Below, in pieces: positions 16,601 through 28,239 of a DNA stretch of 64,000 nucleotides. Numbering within the stretch: position 1 is the first letter of the stretch; each line of letters starts with the position of its first letter. Source of the DNA: Guillardia theta CCMP2712. Lineage: Eukaryota > Protista > Cryptophyta. The stretch lies in the NCBI RefSeq assembly GCF_000315625.1, contig NW_005434582.1, forward strand, positions 242,636 through 306,635. The letters are read 5' to 3'. The position numbers and the translations under genes were made by a program. Under the pieces are notes generated by a model. That model ran no database searches. It saw nothing but the letters and a program-made list of their open reading frames with translations, and was not told the origin of the DNA.

Positions 16601-19405
16601 CAACGCCAAGGTCCTCTTCCTCCCCATGCGCCTCTCCTCGCAGTCGTGCCTGGTGTTCGTCAAGGACGCGGAGGAGCGGGAGGTCTGCTACGAGCTCCGC
16701 GTGCGCGCGCTGCTGCCGAGCACGACGGAGTCGTACAAGTTCACGAACCCTATGAAGAGCGTAATCCTCAAGGAGATCTCCCTCACCACGAGGAACGCGA
16801 GCGTCGACAAGTGCAGGGCACTGATCATGGACATGCTGGGCCAGCAGGGGGTAAGGAGTGGTACAAGGTGCTCAGCGACCAGGTCAAGGTGGACTACAAG
16901 GTCGAGTATCTGTCCAGCTTCTTCTCGGGCCCCAGCCAGCTCTCCCTCGTCGGCTCCGGGTCAGCCCGGGTGACGGCGGCAGCCAAGGACGGGAAGGGGG
17001 CGGGGGACGGGAACAAGCTTGCTCTAGAGCTGCGGCCGCAGGGCCCCGGGAGGTATGAGGGGAAGGTGATCCTGCGATCAGCTCTGGACGTGCGGGTGAT
17101 CGAGGTGGAGGCGGTGGTGAGCGTTCCGAGCAACCTTGTCGAGCTGACTTTCAGCTGCCCTGCCCGCCAGTCGATCACGCAGGAGATCCCGATCATCAAC
17201 TACACGGAGACGCCCTGGAGCGTCGAGGCGAAGCTCTCGGGCTCCTACTTCTCTGGCTCCAGGGAGCTGACGGTCCCTGCTGCCGCTTCCAGCAAGGAGC
17301 CAGGACGAGCGACGTTTGCGCTCACGTTCTCGCCGCGATGGATCTGCTCTGTTGAGGGAGAGCTGGTGCTGCACAACCATACCATTGACGACTCGTACAA
17401 GTACCAGCTGACGGGGGTGGGGGAGGACCCGGTAGCTGAGGACCACCTGGTGGTGGACTGCAAGGCGAGATGGAGGAGGACGCTGTCGATCCCGGTGAGG
17501 AACCTGCTGGAGGGGAAGAACTGCAACTACAAGGTTGAGTGCGACCTGATGGGAGTTAGCGGGGCCAGTCAGTTCCTGGTGCCCAGCAAGAGCGTCAAGA
17601 GCTACGAGCTGTTCGTCCTCATGCCGCGAGGAGGGACGTTCAAGGGCAGCATCACCTTCACCGCCCCCAACAACGAGTACGTCTGGTTCACCCTAGAGGT
17701 CAACGCCAACAACCCTCCTCCCGAGCAGACGCTCGAGCTGAGGACGAGAGCTCGCACGGCCGTCGCTGCTGACATCCCCATCGTCAACCCGACGCCCGAG
17801 GAGGTCACCTTCGACGTCCTCCTCAACGGCGAGGGGCTCCTCGGTCAGCCCAGCGTCACGCTCGCGCCCTCGGGCACGACCACATACGAGCTAATCTACT
17901 CGCCGCTGATCGCCGGGGGGAGACAGGGAAGCCTGACGTTCATCAACGACGAGATGGGAGAGTTCTGGTACGAGATCAAGCTGATGGCTGGCGAGCCCGA
18001 GGTCATGGACGTCCCTTCCTTCTCCTGCAGCCTCGGAAGGTCCATCGACACCCAAGTCTCGATCGAGAACCCTTTGCCTGATGACGTCATGCTCCTCGTC
18101 GACAACTCCAACCCCGTCAACTTCACCGTCACCAACCTCGACAGGGAGGAGGAGCGCGCGTACCTGATCCCAGCCTTCTCCTCCTCCTCCTTCCTCATCG
18201 CCTACACGCCCGCGGCTCTCGGCGAGGAGGAGAGGGGTCGGATCACCTTCTCGCATCCTCAGGCTGGCAAGTGGGAGTTTGCGGTGTCGGGGACGGGAGG
18301 GCCGCCGGAGATGTTTGCAGCGGTGGAGGTGAGCGCAGCGGTGGGAGAGATGAGCAGCAACGTGGTTACGTTCAAGAACCCGCTGAAGAGAGACCTGGTG
18401 GTCAATGTGTCGTTGAGGGGCGAGGAGGAGGAGGAGGAGGGAGGATGCTTCTCGCTCGTCGGCTCGAGGTCGACCAACCTGCATGTCCCGTCGCTGAAGT
18501 CTATCGACATACCCTTCACCTTCTTCCCCAAGAAGATGACGGAGCATCGCTGCGTCCTCCGCCTTTCTTGCCAGGACCTCGACCTCAGCTTCGATTTCCC
18601 CATCCATGGCACTGCCGAATCTCCGGAGACCACCAGCCTCGGGAGGTTCGCGTGCAGGTCAAGGGAGCGGCTGGTGAAGGAGATCGTGGTGGAGCTGGAG
18701 GGAGCAGGGGAGGCAGTCTCGTCGGAGGACGTCAGCTTCGAGCTGCTGCTGCCTGACGAGCACCAGTCCCTCCTCCGCAAGGCCCTCCGCTTCACTCGCG
18801 ACCAGACCGTCGCCGACCCCAGCAAGTGTCACTTCACCATGGTGTTCGAGCCCCTGAAGCCCATCCAAGCTAAGGTGCAGCTGCGAGTGACTCGGCCCTC
18901 GGGAGGACGTTGGCTCTACGACCTTGACGTCGTGGCGGAGCAGGCGGAGGTGGACGATGAGATCATGATGGAGGGCTCACTCAACCGAGTCAACACCGTG
19001 TCCTTCAAGATGACGAACCAGTTCGACGAGCCCGCCTCCTTCCACGCCTTCTTCTCCCTCGACTCCTCCCCTGAGTTCCAAGTCTCTCCCTCCCAGGGCA
19101 TGCTGAGCCCCTACGGCTCTGAAGGCACGACCTTCCTCCTCTCCTTCTCCCCCAAGACCTACGGCCGCTCCTACCGCGCCCTCCTCATCATCGAGACGGA
19201 CGAGATGCAGTGGACATACCGGGTGGTGGGTGAGCCCCCCAAGTACCGTCCTCCCAAGCCCAAGGCCAGCGGGTTCAAGACGAGGATCTCGCCCGAGCTT
19301 GACCCCGACGTGTACAAGGGTCGCCTCCCTCCTACCAACTACATGCGGGACAACGCGGCAGCGGTCAGGCAGGCAGGCAAGCAGGGGGCGAGAGAAGGAG
19401 AGTAA
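10605..19405 (+). CDS. CFAP47: Cilia- and flagella-associated protein 47 (tandem ASH/Ig-like domains plus CH domain); four short 5' introns and a frame break at about 16850
   Basis: Spliced N-terminus LRVYPAEVEFKD...IAPGLE matches the CFAP47 start. CH-like segment LLLSWLAYH...NFDLDLHDGRVIAYLISSHVP. C-terminal GEFWYEIKL, AGKWEF and IETDEMQWTY motifs. Covered by ORFs 11205-16973 and 16646-19405. Confidence 0.88.
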
Positions 19406-19658
19406 GAGAGGAGAGGAGAGGGAGAAGGAGAGTAAGAGAGGAGAGGAGAGGAGAGGAGAGAGAGAGGAGAGAGAGAAGGAGAGTAAGAGAGAGAGAAAGC
19501 AGACATTGAGGGGTTAAGTTGATTACAAAGAAAACTGACTGAAGAAGAGGCGCCGACGAAATGCGTGCGATGCACAAGACTTGAAAAATGGCGACAGGAA
19601 GGAAGAGGAGGAGGAGGAGGAGGAGGAGGAGCGCGATGGCAATGATGATGATGCTGAT

Positions 19659-22600
19659 TTACATGATCCTGCTCGCACGTCAGACCAGCTACCGCATGCT
19701 CGGGTCATCAACGATCAACACCTGCATCGCGACTCGCTCCGACTGCTGGTGGTGGGCTGCAAGGGGTGAAAGTAAGATACTGCGGTCGCATGCTACCGCG
19801 TCCTTACCTCTCCCTTGCTCCCTTCGTCATCCGAGTCGACTTGCTCCACCATGCCTGCCCCCCGTCACCACCACCACCACCTCCTCCCGCACGCGTCTCA
19901 AACCTTCAGGAATCTCCACCGCCTGCTGCTCTCCCTCCTTTATCGACACCGGAGGAGCCTCCGCCTCGACCTTCCCATCCACTCCATTCCCCTGCTTGCT
20001 CGTCTCGTCACTTGCTCCCTCCTTCGCCCTCCCCTCCATCTCGCTCCTCACCCTCTCTCAACCATCTCTCCTCCTCCTCTCTCTCCCTGACTGTTACCTT
20101 CCGCTCTGCGATCGTGTTGCGGACGTTGCGGAGTCTTCCAAGCATGCGCTCGCGGATCTTGACGAGCAGAACCACCTGCAGCTCCGTCATCCGCGTCCTG
20201 CCCCCACCTCCTCTACCCGCTCCGACATGGAAAACGCGTTTGCGATCTCTGCTTCGGACACTGCAGACGATGTGAGTAGGAGAGGAAAGCTGCGGATAGG
20301 GAGCGGGAGAGAATCGAAGGAGTGAGAGGGGAAGGAAGCTGTGATGTACAGAGGTTGTTGGGAGAAAAAGAGGCGAGAGGGAAGGAGCAGAGGAGAAGTT
20401 GGGGGAGAAGTGGGAATGCAAGGGCGGGTAGGGGTGATGCGAGAGCAGGGGATGGAGGAGGGCGGAGGAGGAGTAGGAGAAGGGGGGGGGGGTGGGGAAC
20501 GGCAGAGTAGGGGAGGGGCGGGGACAGCGGAGGAGGATGAGATGAGGAGTGTGACTATGAAGGTGGGAGAAGACAAACCGGCTACAGGAGTTCCGAGGTT
20601 GGGAGATTCGCTGATGGGCTGGGGGAGGATAAGATGCGAGGAAAGAAGAGGGAAGGGCTACCTTGAACCACTCGTGCTCCTTTATGGCGGCAATCTTGAG
20701 ACGCTCCGACGGGTTCTAGTGGCAGTCAGAAGAAACAGCTGCCGTCCTCCTCTCCGATCGCTTCAGCATCCTCCTCCTCCTCCTCCTCTTCACCTTATTT
20801 AGGATTTGTTTCAGTAGGTCCAGCAGAGGTGGAGGAAGCTGCAAGAGGACACGTCAATTTGATCACCATACTTCATCTGATCCTCCTCGTCCTCGTCCTC
20901 CCCTCCTCGTCCTCGTCCTCGTCCTCGTCCTTCTCCTCCTCCCTCTCTTCCTCCTCCTCCTCCTCCTCCTTCCTCTCCTTCCTTCTCCCTCCTCCTCCTC
21001 CCTCCCCTCGTCCTCGTCCTCGTCCTTGTCCTTCTCCTCCTCCCTCTCTTCCTCCTCGTTCTCGTCCTCGTCCTCGTCCTCCCTCTCAGCCTCCTCGTCC
21101 CTCTCCCTCTCCTCTTCCTCCCACTCCCCTTCCCTCTCACCCCTTCTTTGAAGGTCACAGGATCTTCCTGGATCATCTCATAGAGCCGCATCACGTTAGA
21201 GTTGACGAAAGGACAGCTGCCAGGGTCCCATGAATCAGTGCAAGGAGGAGGAGGAGGAGGAGGAGCAGAGGCAGAGGGAAGGGAGAGTAAGAGTGCTGGT
21301 CGCACGAGGAGGGTGAGGGTGAGGACAGGGAGAAGGAGGAGGAGGGAGAGATAGGGAGGACGGAGGAAGGACGAGGAGGAGTCCAACAGAGCTTCTCTCA
21401 TCACCTCCCATGGACGAAGAAGTACAGTGAGACTCCAGCAGCCCAGATATCAGCCAGCTGAGAGATCCACCGTCAGCATCGAACTACGAAGAGGAGGAGG
21501 AGGAGGAGGAGGAGGAGGAGGAGGAGGAGGAGGAGGAGGAGGAGGAGGAGGAGGAGGAGAAGAGAAGAGAAGATGCAGAGACGACGAGTATGAGGACGAT
21601 GATGTGAATCTTCTTTTCTCTCTCATCCTCCTTCGTTCTACTATTACTCAACATGACCGAATTCTTGAGCTAGCCACCTTTCATACTAAGAACNNNNNNN
21701 NNNNNNNNNNNNNNNNNNNNNNNNNNNNNNNNNNNNNNNNNNNNNNNNNNNNNNNNNNNNNNNNNNNNNNNNNNNNNNNNNNNNNNNNNNNNNTCCTTGC
21801 CACGGAAGGCTCCGGGGCCGCAGCATTCGGGGCTATGAAGGCAGGGGTTCCTGCCGCCACCTCACTTTCTCCCAGCAGGGAGGGACAGCGAGGAGATCAT
21901 CACCTGCGCTATTAGAGATGATGATCGTCCCTGTCGTCTCCCAGGGTGTTGGCTGACCCTGAAAACAAGAGCGGGAGAGGCTCCTGCGGGGATGCAAACA
22001 CCTTCCCCCCCCCCCCTCTCTTGTTCATCTTTCTACCTTCCTCCTACATCTCACATCTATCTCCCCACCTCCCTGCTCCTTCTCTTGCTCCTCCTACTTG
22101 ACGCACTCACCCGAAATCCGCCAGCTTCAGCCTTCCTTCCGCTGTCACCAGCAGGTTCTCAGGTTTGATGTCCCTGTGGAGCTGAAGACCACTCGTCATC
22201 CGACCAGCCGCAGTCGATGAGCGAGCTCACCACATGGTTGTGGTGAAGGTACTCCAACCCGATGATGAGATCAGCGAAGTACGACTGAGCCTGTTGACGG
22301 TCACCTTGCAGTCTGACATGCCTCCCTCAGCTCTCACCTTCTCGAGCGGCAGAGGAGTCGTTCCGTTCTCGCTCGGCATGCACTGACCTTCAGAGCCGTC
22401 ACCCGACCTCCCTTCATCTCCTCAGCAATATCACCTCCTGACACGTACTCCAGGCGCAGGTAGAGTTTGTTGCTGTCGGGGTCGTCGATGACCTGACGTA
22501 TCAACAGACGAGCACGCGTCAATATCCATGGGTGACATGAGGGGAGGGCGAGGAAGAAGCCAAGTCCGAACACCGCCCTCACCTCGTACATCCGGACACA

Positions 22601-23122
22601 ATGAGGATGGTTCAATTTCTTCATGATCGCAATCTCCTTCTTCACGTTCTCAAGCATGTTGGTCATGCCCTGTTCGGCTAGCACGTCAAGGGAGCTTCAT
22701 CTCATCACGTAGCATCATCAAGACCTGTCGCTTCCTTCGCAGTATGTTCTTGTCCATCACCTTGCAGCCCAGTCAAGCCAACCACGACGACCCCAACCTT
22801 CAACCCTACCTTGATGGCATACAGCTCTCCGTCATGAGTGTTGCGGCAGAGCTTGACCTGCAGGTGCTGCTCACTCTCACATCAGTAGCTCCTCCATGCT
22901 CTACCTTGCCGAAGGATCCTTTCCCCAACTTCTTCACCACCTGAGGTAGGCGTGAGAACACCGCCGAATACACGAGCAGCGATCTGGCAGAGCAGAGACC
23001 TCAAAGGTGTTAATCATTTTCACGCCATCATCTCTAACAATCTTGGTCACTGTGGCTGTCTCCAGCACAGTCTCCGTGCCATTGGGAGGAGGAGATGCCA
23101 TCTTCTCGCCGTCCATCATCAC
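19659..23122 (-). CDS. CaMKK/GRIK-like Ser/Thr protein kinase, multi-exon
   Basis: Spliced [89 protein letters not shown] and IKEHEWF. C-terminal exons keep frame through to ...SESRCRIM*. Confidence 0.88.
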
Positions 23123-23719
23123 GAGATCACCGAGGGCTGCTTGCCAAGGGACTCAAGACGGCAGAGGAGCTCGACCTACTCCCTCCTTCTAGTAGATGCG
23201 TCCAGTCTCGCACGAGCCATTCCTCTCTATCCCCGCCGCTCCAACGCCTTCTGAAGAAATCGTAAGCTCTCCTCCAACCGATATCTCAAGTGAAGCGACT
23301 AGCTGTTTACGACCTTGGCTCCTTTCCCCGACTTGGTTCTCCCAAGTGTTCTCTGCACTACTGATGATACTGATTCTTCTCCTCTTGTCTCACTGCGACT
23401 TTGTCTTTGCTTCTCACTCTCCGTCCTCTCCTTCTCTCCTCTCCTTCCTCCTCCTCCTCGTAGCATGACATGATGTGCATGCGCCCTCGGTCTCGTTCAT
23501 GGTATGAAGCTAGTTTCAACCGCGATGTTCGATGCTCATGATATGACCCCACCCTCGAAAAGTCTCCAACCTTACCGCCGCCATCGCGTCTACACCACCC
23601 GTCGCCCTTCTGTCCCCTTCGAAAATTGAAAAGCTTGTAATAAATGTTAATTGGCAATTTGAAAATTTAACCAACTAATTACATGACGCAAATCAGAATT
23701 TCAAATTACTTTCTTGAGT

Positions 23720-24490
23720 CGTACCCTCACTCATATCAGCCCACCCCTACTTTGACCACTTCCGACCACCAGTACCCCACCCTCCCTGGACCTACGACCA
23801 CTTTACTCGCTCATGACCCCCACTAAACCTGTTGAGGACCCCTACCCCCTTCAAAAACATTTAAACTTTTTTCATGGTACAAACAAGAATTGTACAATCA
23901 GGGTTATTTGGAGCTAAAACTATTTAAGCAGTTTTCAAAATTGACTCCTATTTTTCGAATAACATCAAAGATTATTCGAATATTTCCTTATCATTTGAAA
24001 ATCACCAACACGTTTTCAATCGCTCCATCATTAAAGCCATGACCGTACCCCCGGGGCCCGGCAGCCTCCGGCATTTCCTCCGGCCCGGACCCCAGCACTG
24101 AGCAAGAGTTACTAGTGGCCGGAGTGCAGTTTGGACTACCCTACCTCACTCCAGGTATTCACCTTGTTACACTACCCGTAGTTTGTACTGCCAAATATGC
24201 TAAAGTTGGGGGGTCCTTTTTCAGCCAGGGTGATAAGAAACAGTACCCCCACCCACTCTTTCTCCTTGATGTACCCCACCCTTTTAGGGCTAAAGCATTT
24301 GCTACCACTTTAGTCACTGCCACCCGCATGTCCACCACCCGTGCAAAGTACCCTGACCCCCTCAAATTATCCCTTACCCCCTCATCATATCTTAAGTACC
24401 CACCCCTTTTCGTATCCTCAGAACCCAAAGTCACAGATTACCCCTCCCCTCTCTCATGGTCACCAACCCCTGGGTCTAGACCCCTGGGAT
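23720..24490. other. Intergenic island 3: TACCCC tracts and an AT-rich block around a short CCGG/GGGCCC core (24040-24125)
   Basis: Visible compositional blocks between the divergent CaMKK and TPR-SET genes. Confidence 0.55.
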
Positions 24491-24504
24491 CAAAAGCGGA
24501 GGCC

Positions 24505-25987
24505 ATGGCTGCACAGGTGACGCGTCCTCTTCGTCTTCATGCTGCGACGCCGCCACGACCGCAGCCCTCGATTACGATGCACGCACATGATGATACTCAC
24601 TCTGACATGTCCGCATGCCCCCTCCTTCCCTGCCCCCTTCCTTCCCTGCTCTCACCTCCCTCCTGGCTCACACTACCGCCCATGAACCACAGCTTTCTCG
24701 CTCGGATAGTATCCTTTGACTGCCACCTGTTGATGCTCGTAGAAACATGTTCGTCTCTGATGACATGCTATCGCCTCCTTCGACCTCCCTTGCTCACTTA
24801 TTTGCCATCGATTCATGGATTCCCATGGAAGACAAAAATACGGCGTCTTGTGTTGTTTCTGATTGACTGGCGTGCTTGCCCATGATTCTACTCCTTCCTC
24901 GGTCTTACAGCATTTGTCAATAGATTTCTGATCGATCTTTATCATTATCTCCCTCTCTCATCCCTCTCATGCCCTTGTCTCTGCTCATTAGAAACGACGG
25001 CAAACGAGAAGTAGGAGGGGGCTGACCTTTTGAACGTTTTGTTACCATGGCATGTTGTGTTTGCTCCCTGCTATCATCGTTCGCACTCATATAGAGAGTC
25101 TTTCTCTTGACATCCCCGTGCTTCTGACACCCACTCTCCTCGCAAGCGTCTCCGTCTGACGCGTCATACAGGACCACAAGGCGAAAGGGAACGAGTTGTA
25201 TCAGGCGGAGAAGTATGAGGCAGCGCTGGAGGAGTACACCAAGGCGATCGATCTCAGTCCGCAAGACGGAGTTCTCTACAGCAACCGCAGCGCGTGCTAT
25301 GCTGCCCTGGAGCAGTGGAACGAGTGTCTGGCCGACGCAACGACCTGTCTCAAGCTCAAGCCCGACTGGTTCAAGTCCTACTACCGCAGAGCCCTCGCCC
25401 TTCACATGATGCGACGCAACGTGGAGGCTCGCGGGCTGTGCAATGCCGGGCTGGCGCTGGAGCCGGAGAACAAGGAGCTCAAGGGGCTGAAGCTCAAGTG
25501 CAACGAGCCCATCTGCCGCGAGTTCGCCAACGCCTCCGCCATCGACTTCCGCATGGACAGGCCCCCGAGCGAGGACTTCAAGCTCGTGCTCAAGGGCAAG
25601 AGCCCCGTCAAGGGCGCGCAGCTCAACGGGCTCGCCTTCCCCCAAACCCTCCGCACGATGCTGCACACGGCTGTGATGTGCCAGTACCCCAAGATTGTCA
25701 AGGTGAGAAGAGAGAGGGAGGAGATGGGGGGAGGGAGCCAGGGACAGGAGGAAGAATCGAAGTGCAGCAGGGGCAGGGAATGGAAATGGGAGACGATTGA
25801 GGGAGGGAGGGAGCTATGATTCCAGGAGTGACAGTCACATTTCTCTGCTCTGATGAACATGGAAGTGATGTGGAGCTGCAGGAACTGATCAGCAGAGGAG
25901 CTGATATCGCCATAGAAGACAGGATGGGCCTGTCGCCTGTTCACATGTCTGCTCTCATCCAGGTGCGTGTGGATGCGGATGAGGGAG

Positions 25988-26070
<83 letters not shown>

Positions 26071-26860
26071 TTAGGGGCAAGCAGGAGTTGACCGAGATGA
26101 GAGAAGTTAGCAGCAGCAGCAGCAGCAGCAGTAGGTGTAGGTGTAGGTGTTGAAGTAGGAGGAGAGGGAGCAGCAGGAGCAGGAGGTGAAGTGGAGGAGC
26201 TGACAAGTTATGAAACAGCACGAGGGTGTCATGAGTGTCATCTCCGAGCACTGGGACTCAACGCAGAACGTGTCGACAACGCACAACGCTACTCCCCAGG
26301 TAGAGCAGCTGACAGCGTGGAGGGGGAGGAGCGAGGGAGGATGGAGGGCGATGAATACGGGGCCGGAGGAGGAGGAGGAGGAGGAGGAGGAGGGAGGTAT
26401 GCAGGAAGGTTGATTGGGTTGGGTCTTCAGGACATTCTCGATGCGACTAGCTTCACACTTCAGAGGCCGGAGGTCAAGGTCAAGGTCCTCGACCGCGAGG
26501 GCAAAGCAGCAGCTCTCAATGCGATAGAGGTGAGAGACTACCTGCTTGCCTGCTTGCTCCACTTGTGCTGCTTTCCTTTCACCCTTGCCCTCGTCCTTGT
26601 CCCTCCCTTCTGCTCCGGCAGATGAAGATGTTTGTTTCTCCTGCTGCTGTTTCTCCCGTGCTCACTTGCTCTGCGATTAGTTCATGCAGAAGATGGGGGC
26701 TTTCTACCAGCGCACGTGCCAGCTGTCGGACGAATACTTCCGGTAGAGGAGGAGAGGGAGCGAGATGCCAGCAGAGGAATTGGTGGGGGAGGAGAAGGGG
26801 CAGGTTCAAGAGGACGAAGAGGACGAGGGCTTGGTAGAGGACGAAGAAGAGGAAGACGAG

Positions 26861-26932
<72 letters not shown>

Positions 26933-28191
26933 TCATTCACCACCACCATGTTCTGTTTGTCTTCACTTGCCTGTCAGCTGCATGTATTCTTCAATCCTAG
27001 ACGATGAAGGCACGGAGCTCATGCAGGTCNNNNNNNNNNNNNNNNNNNNNNNNNNNNNNNNNNNNNNNNNNNNNNNNNNNNNNNNNNNNNNNNNNNNNNN
27101 NNNNNNNNNNNNNNNNNNNNNNNNNNNNNNNNNNNNNNNNNNNNNNNNNNNNNNNNNNNNNNNNNNNNNNNNNNNNNNNNNNNNNNNNNNNNNNNNNNNN
27201 NNNNNNNNNNNNNNNNNNNNNNNNNNNNNNNNNNNNNNNNNNNNNNNNNNNNNNNNNNNNNNNNNNNNNNNNNNNNNNNNNNNNNNNNNNNNNNNNNNNN
27301 NNNNNNNNNNNNNNNNNNNNNNNNNNNNNNNNNNNNNNNNNNNNNNNNNNNNNNNNNNNNNNNNNNNNNNNNNNNNNNNNNNNNNNNNNNNNNNNNNNNN
27401 NNNNNNNNNNNNNNNNNNNNNNNNNNNNNNNNNNNNNNNNNNNNNNNNNNNNNNNNNNNNNNNNNNNNNNNNNNNNNNNNNNNNNNNNNNNNNNNNNNNN
27501 NNNATCGCTCCAGGGGTTTCGCTGCACCTTTTCCTCTATCTCTCCTCACCTCTCCTGCAGGAGCTTACATCAACCATAGCGATTCCCCCAACACTACTCC
27601 TGGTGACTCTCCCTTTCCTCCCTTCTCTCCCCTCCCTCCTCCCTCTCCTCTTCTGCCTCTCTCTTTCTCCCCTTCCGCTCTCCTCCCTCCCTCCTCTCTC
27701 TCCTCCTTCCCCTCCTCCTTCCCCTCCTTCCTTCCCCTCCTCCTTCCTCGTTCTCTGTTCTCCTGCTCTCTAACTGATCTCTCAGAGCATATCGTCGCCA
27801 AGTGTGCTCCAATGGTGGTCTTCATAGCCAACAGGTGGATCAAACCTCTTCCCCCCCCCCCAGTCCTCATCATCATCACCACTATGATCATCAGTCCGGC
27901 GCTTCTTCGGTCTTGGCTGTCTTCTTTCTTCTCATTCTTGAGCAGGAACATCGAGCCTGGAGAGCAGATCTCCTTCGACTACCGCGGGAGACTCCACGGT
28001 GATGCAGAGGAGGGAGAGGAGAGGGAGAGAATGGAAGAGATATGAGGGAGGCGGAGGAGAGAGGCAAGAGGAGGAGGCAGACGGGGTTCTGACAAGCTGC
28101 TTCAGCTTTGTTCTGCGAGCAGAACCTTCCCTCCTTCAAGCCCCTCGAGTCGCTTCCTCCTACTCAGCTCAGCGCCCTGCAGAAGGTCTGA
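24505..28191 (+). CDS. TPR + ankyrin + SET-domain protein (putative lysine methyltransferase), multi-exon, middle in an N-gap
   Basis: MAAQ|DHKAKGNELY...LYSNRSACY...KSYYRRALAL gives 3 STI1-like TPRs. MLHTAV...ELISRGADIAIEDRMGLSPVHMSA is ankyrin-like. YINHSDSPN (about 27565) and R-NIEPGEQISFDY (about 27950) are SET motifs. The first exon is tentative. Confidence 0.72.
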
Positions 28192-28239
28192 GGAGCGCGA
28201 GGAAGGGGAGGGAAGGCCGCCGGCCCTTCCCCTGGGTCT

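Noticed and set aside
24115-24885. 256-aa ORF
   Set aside because: Non-ATG start and Pro-rich translation of the TACCCC tract plus the probable first intron of the TPR-SET gene.
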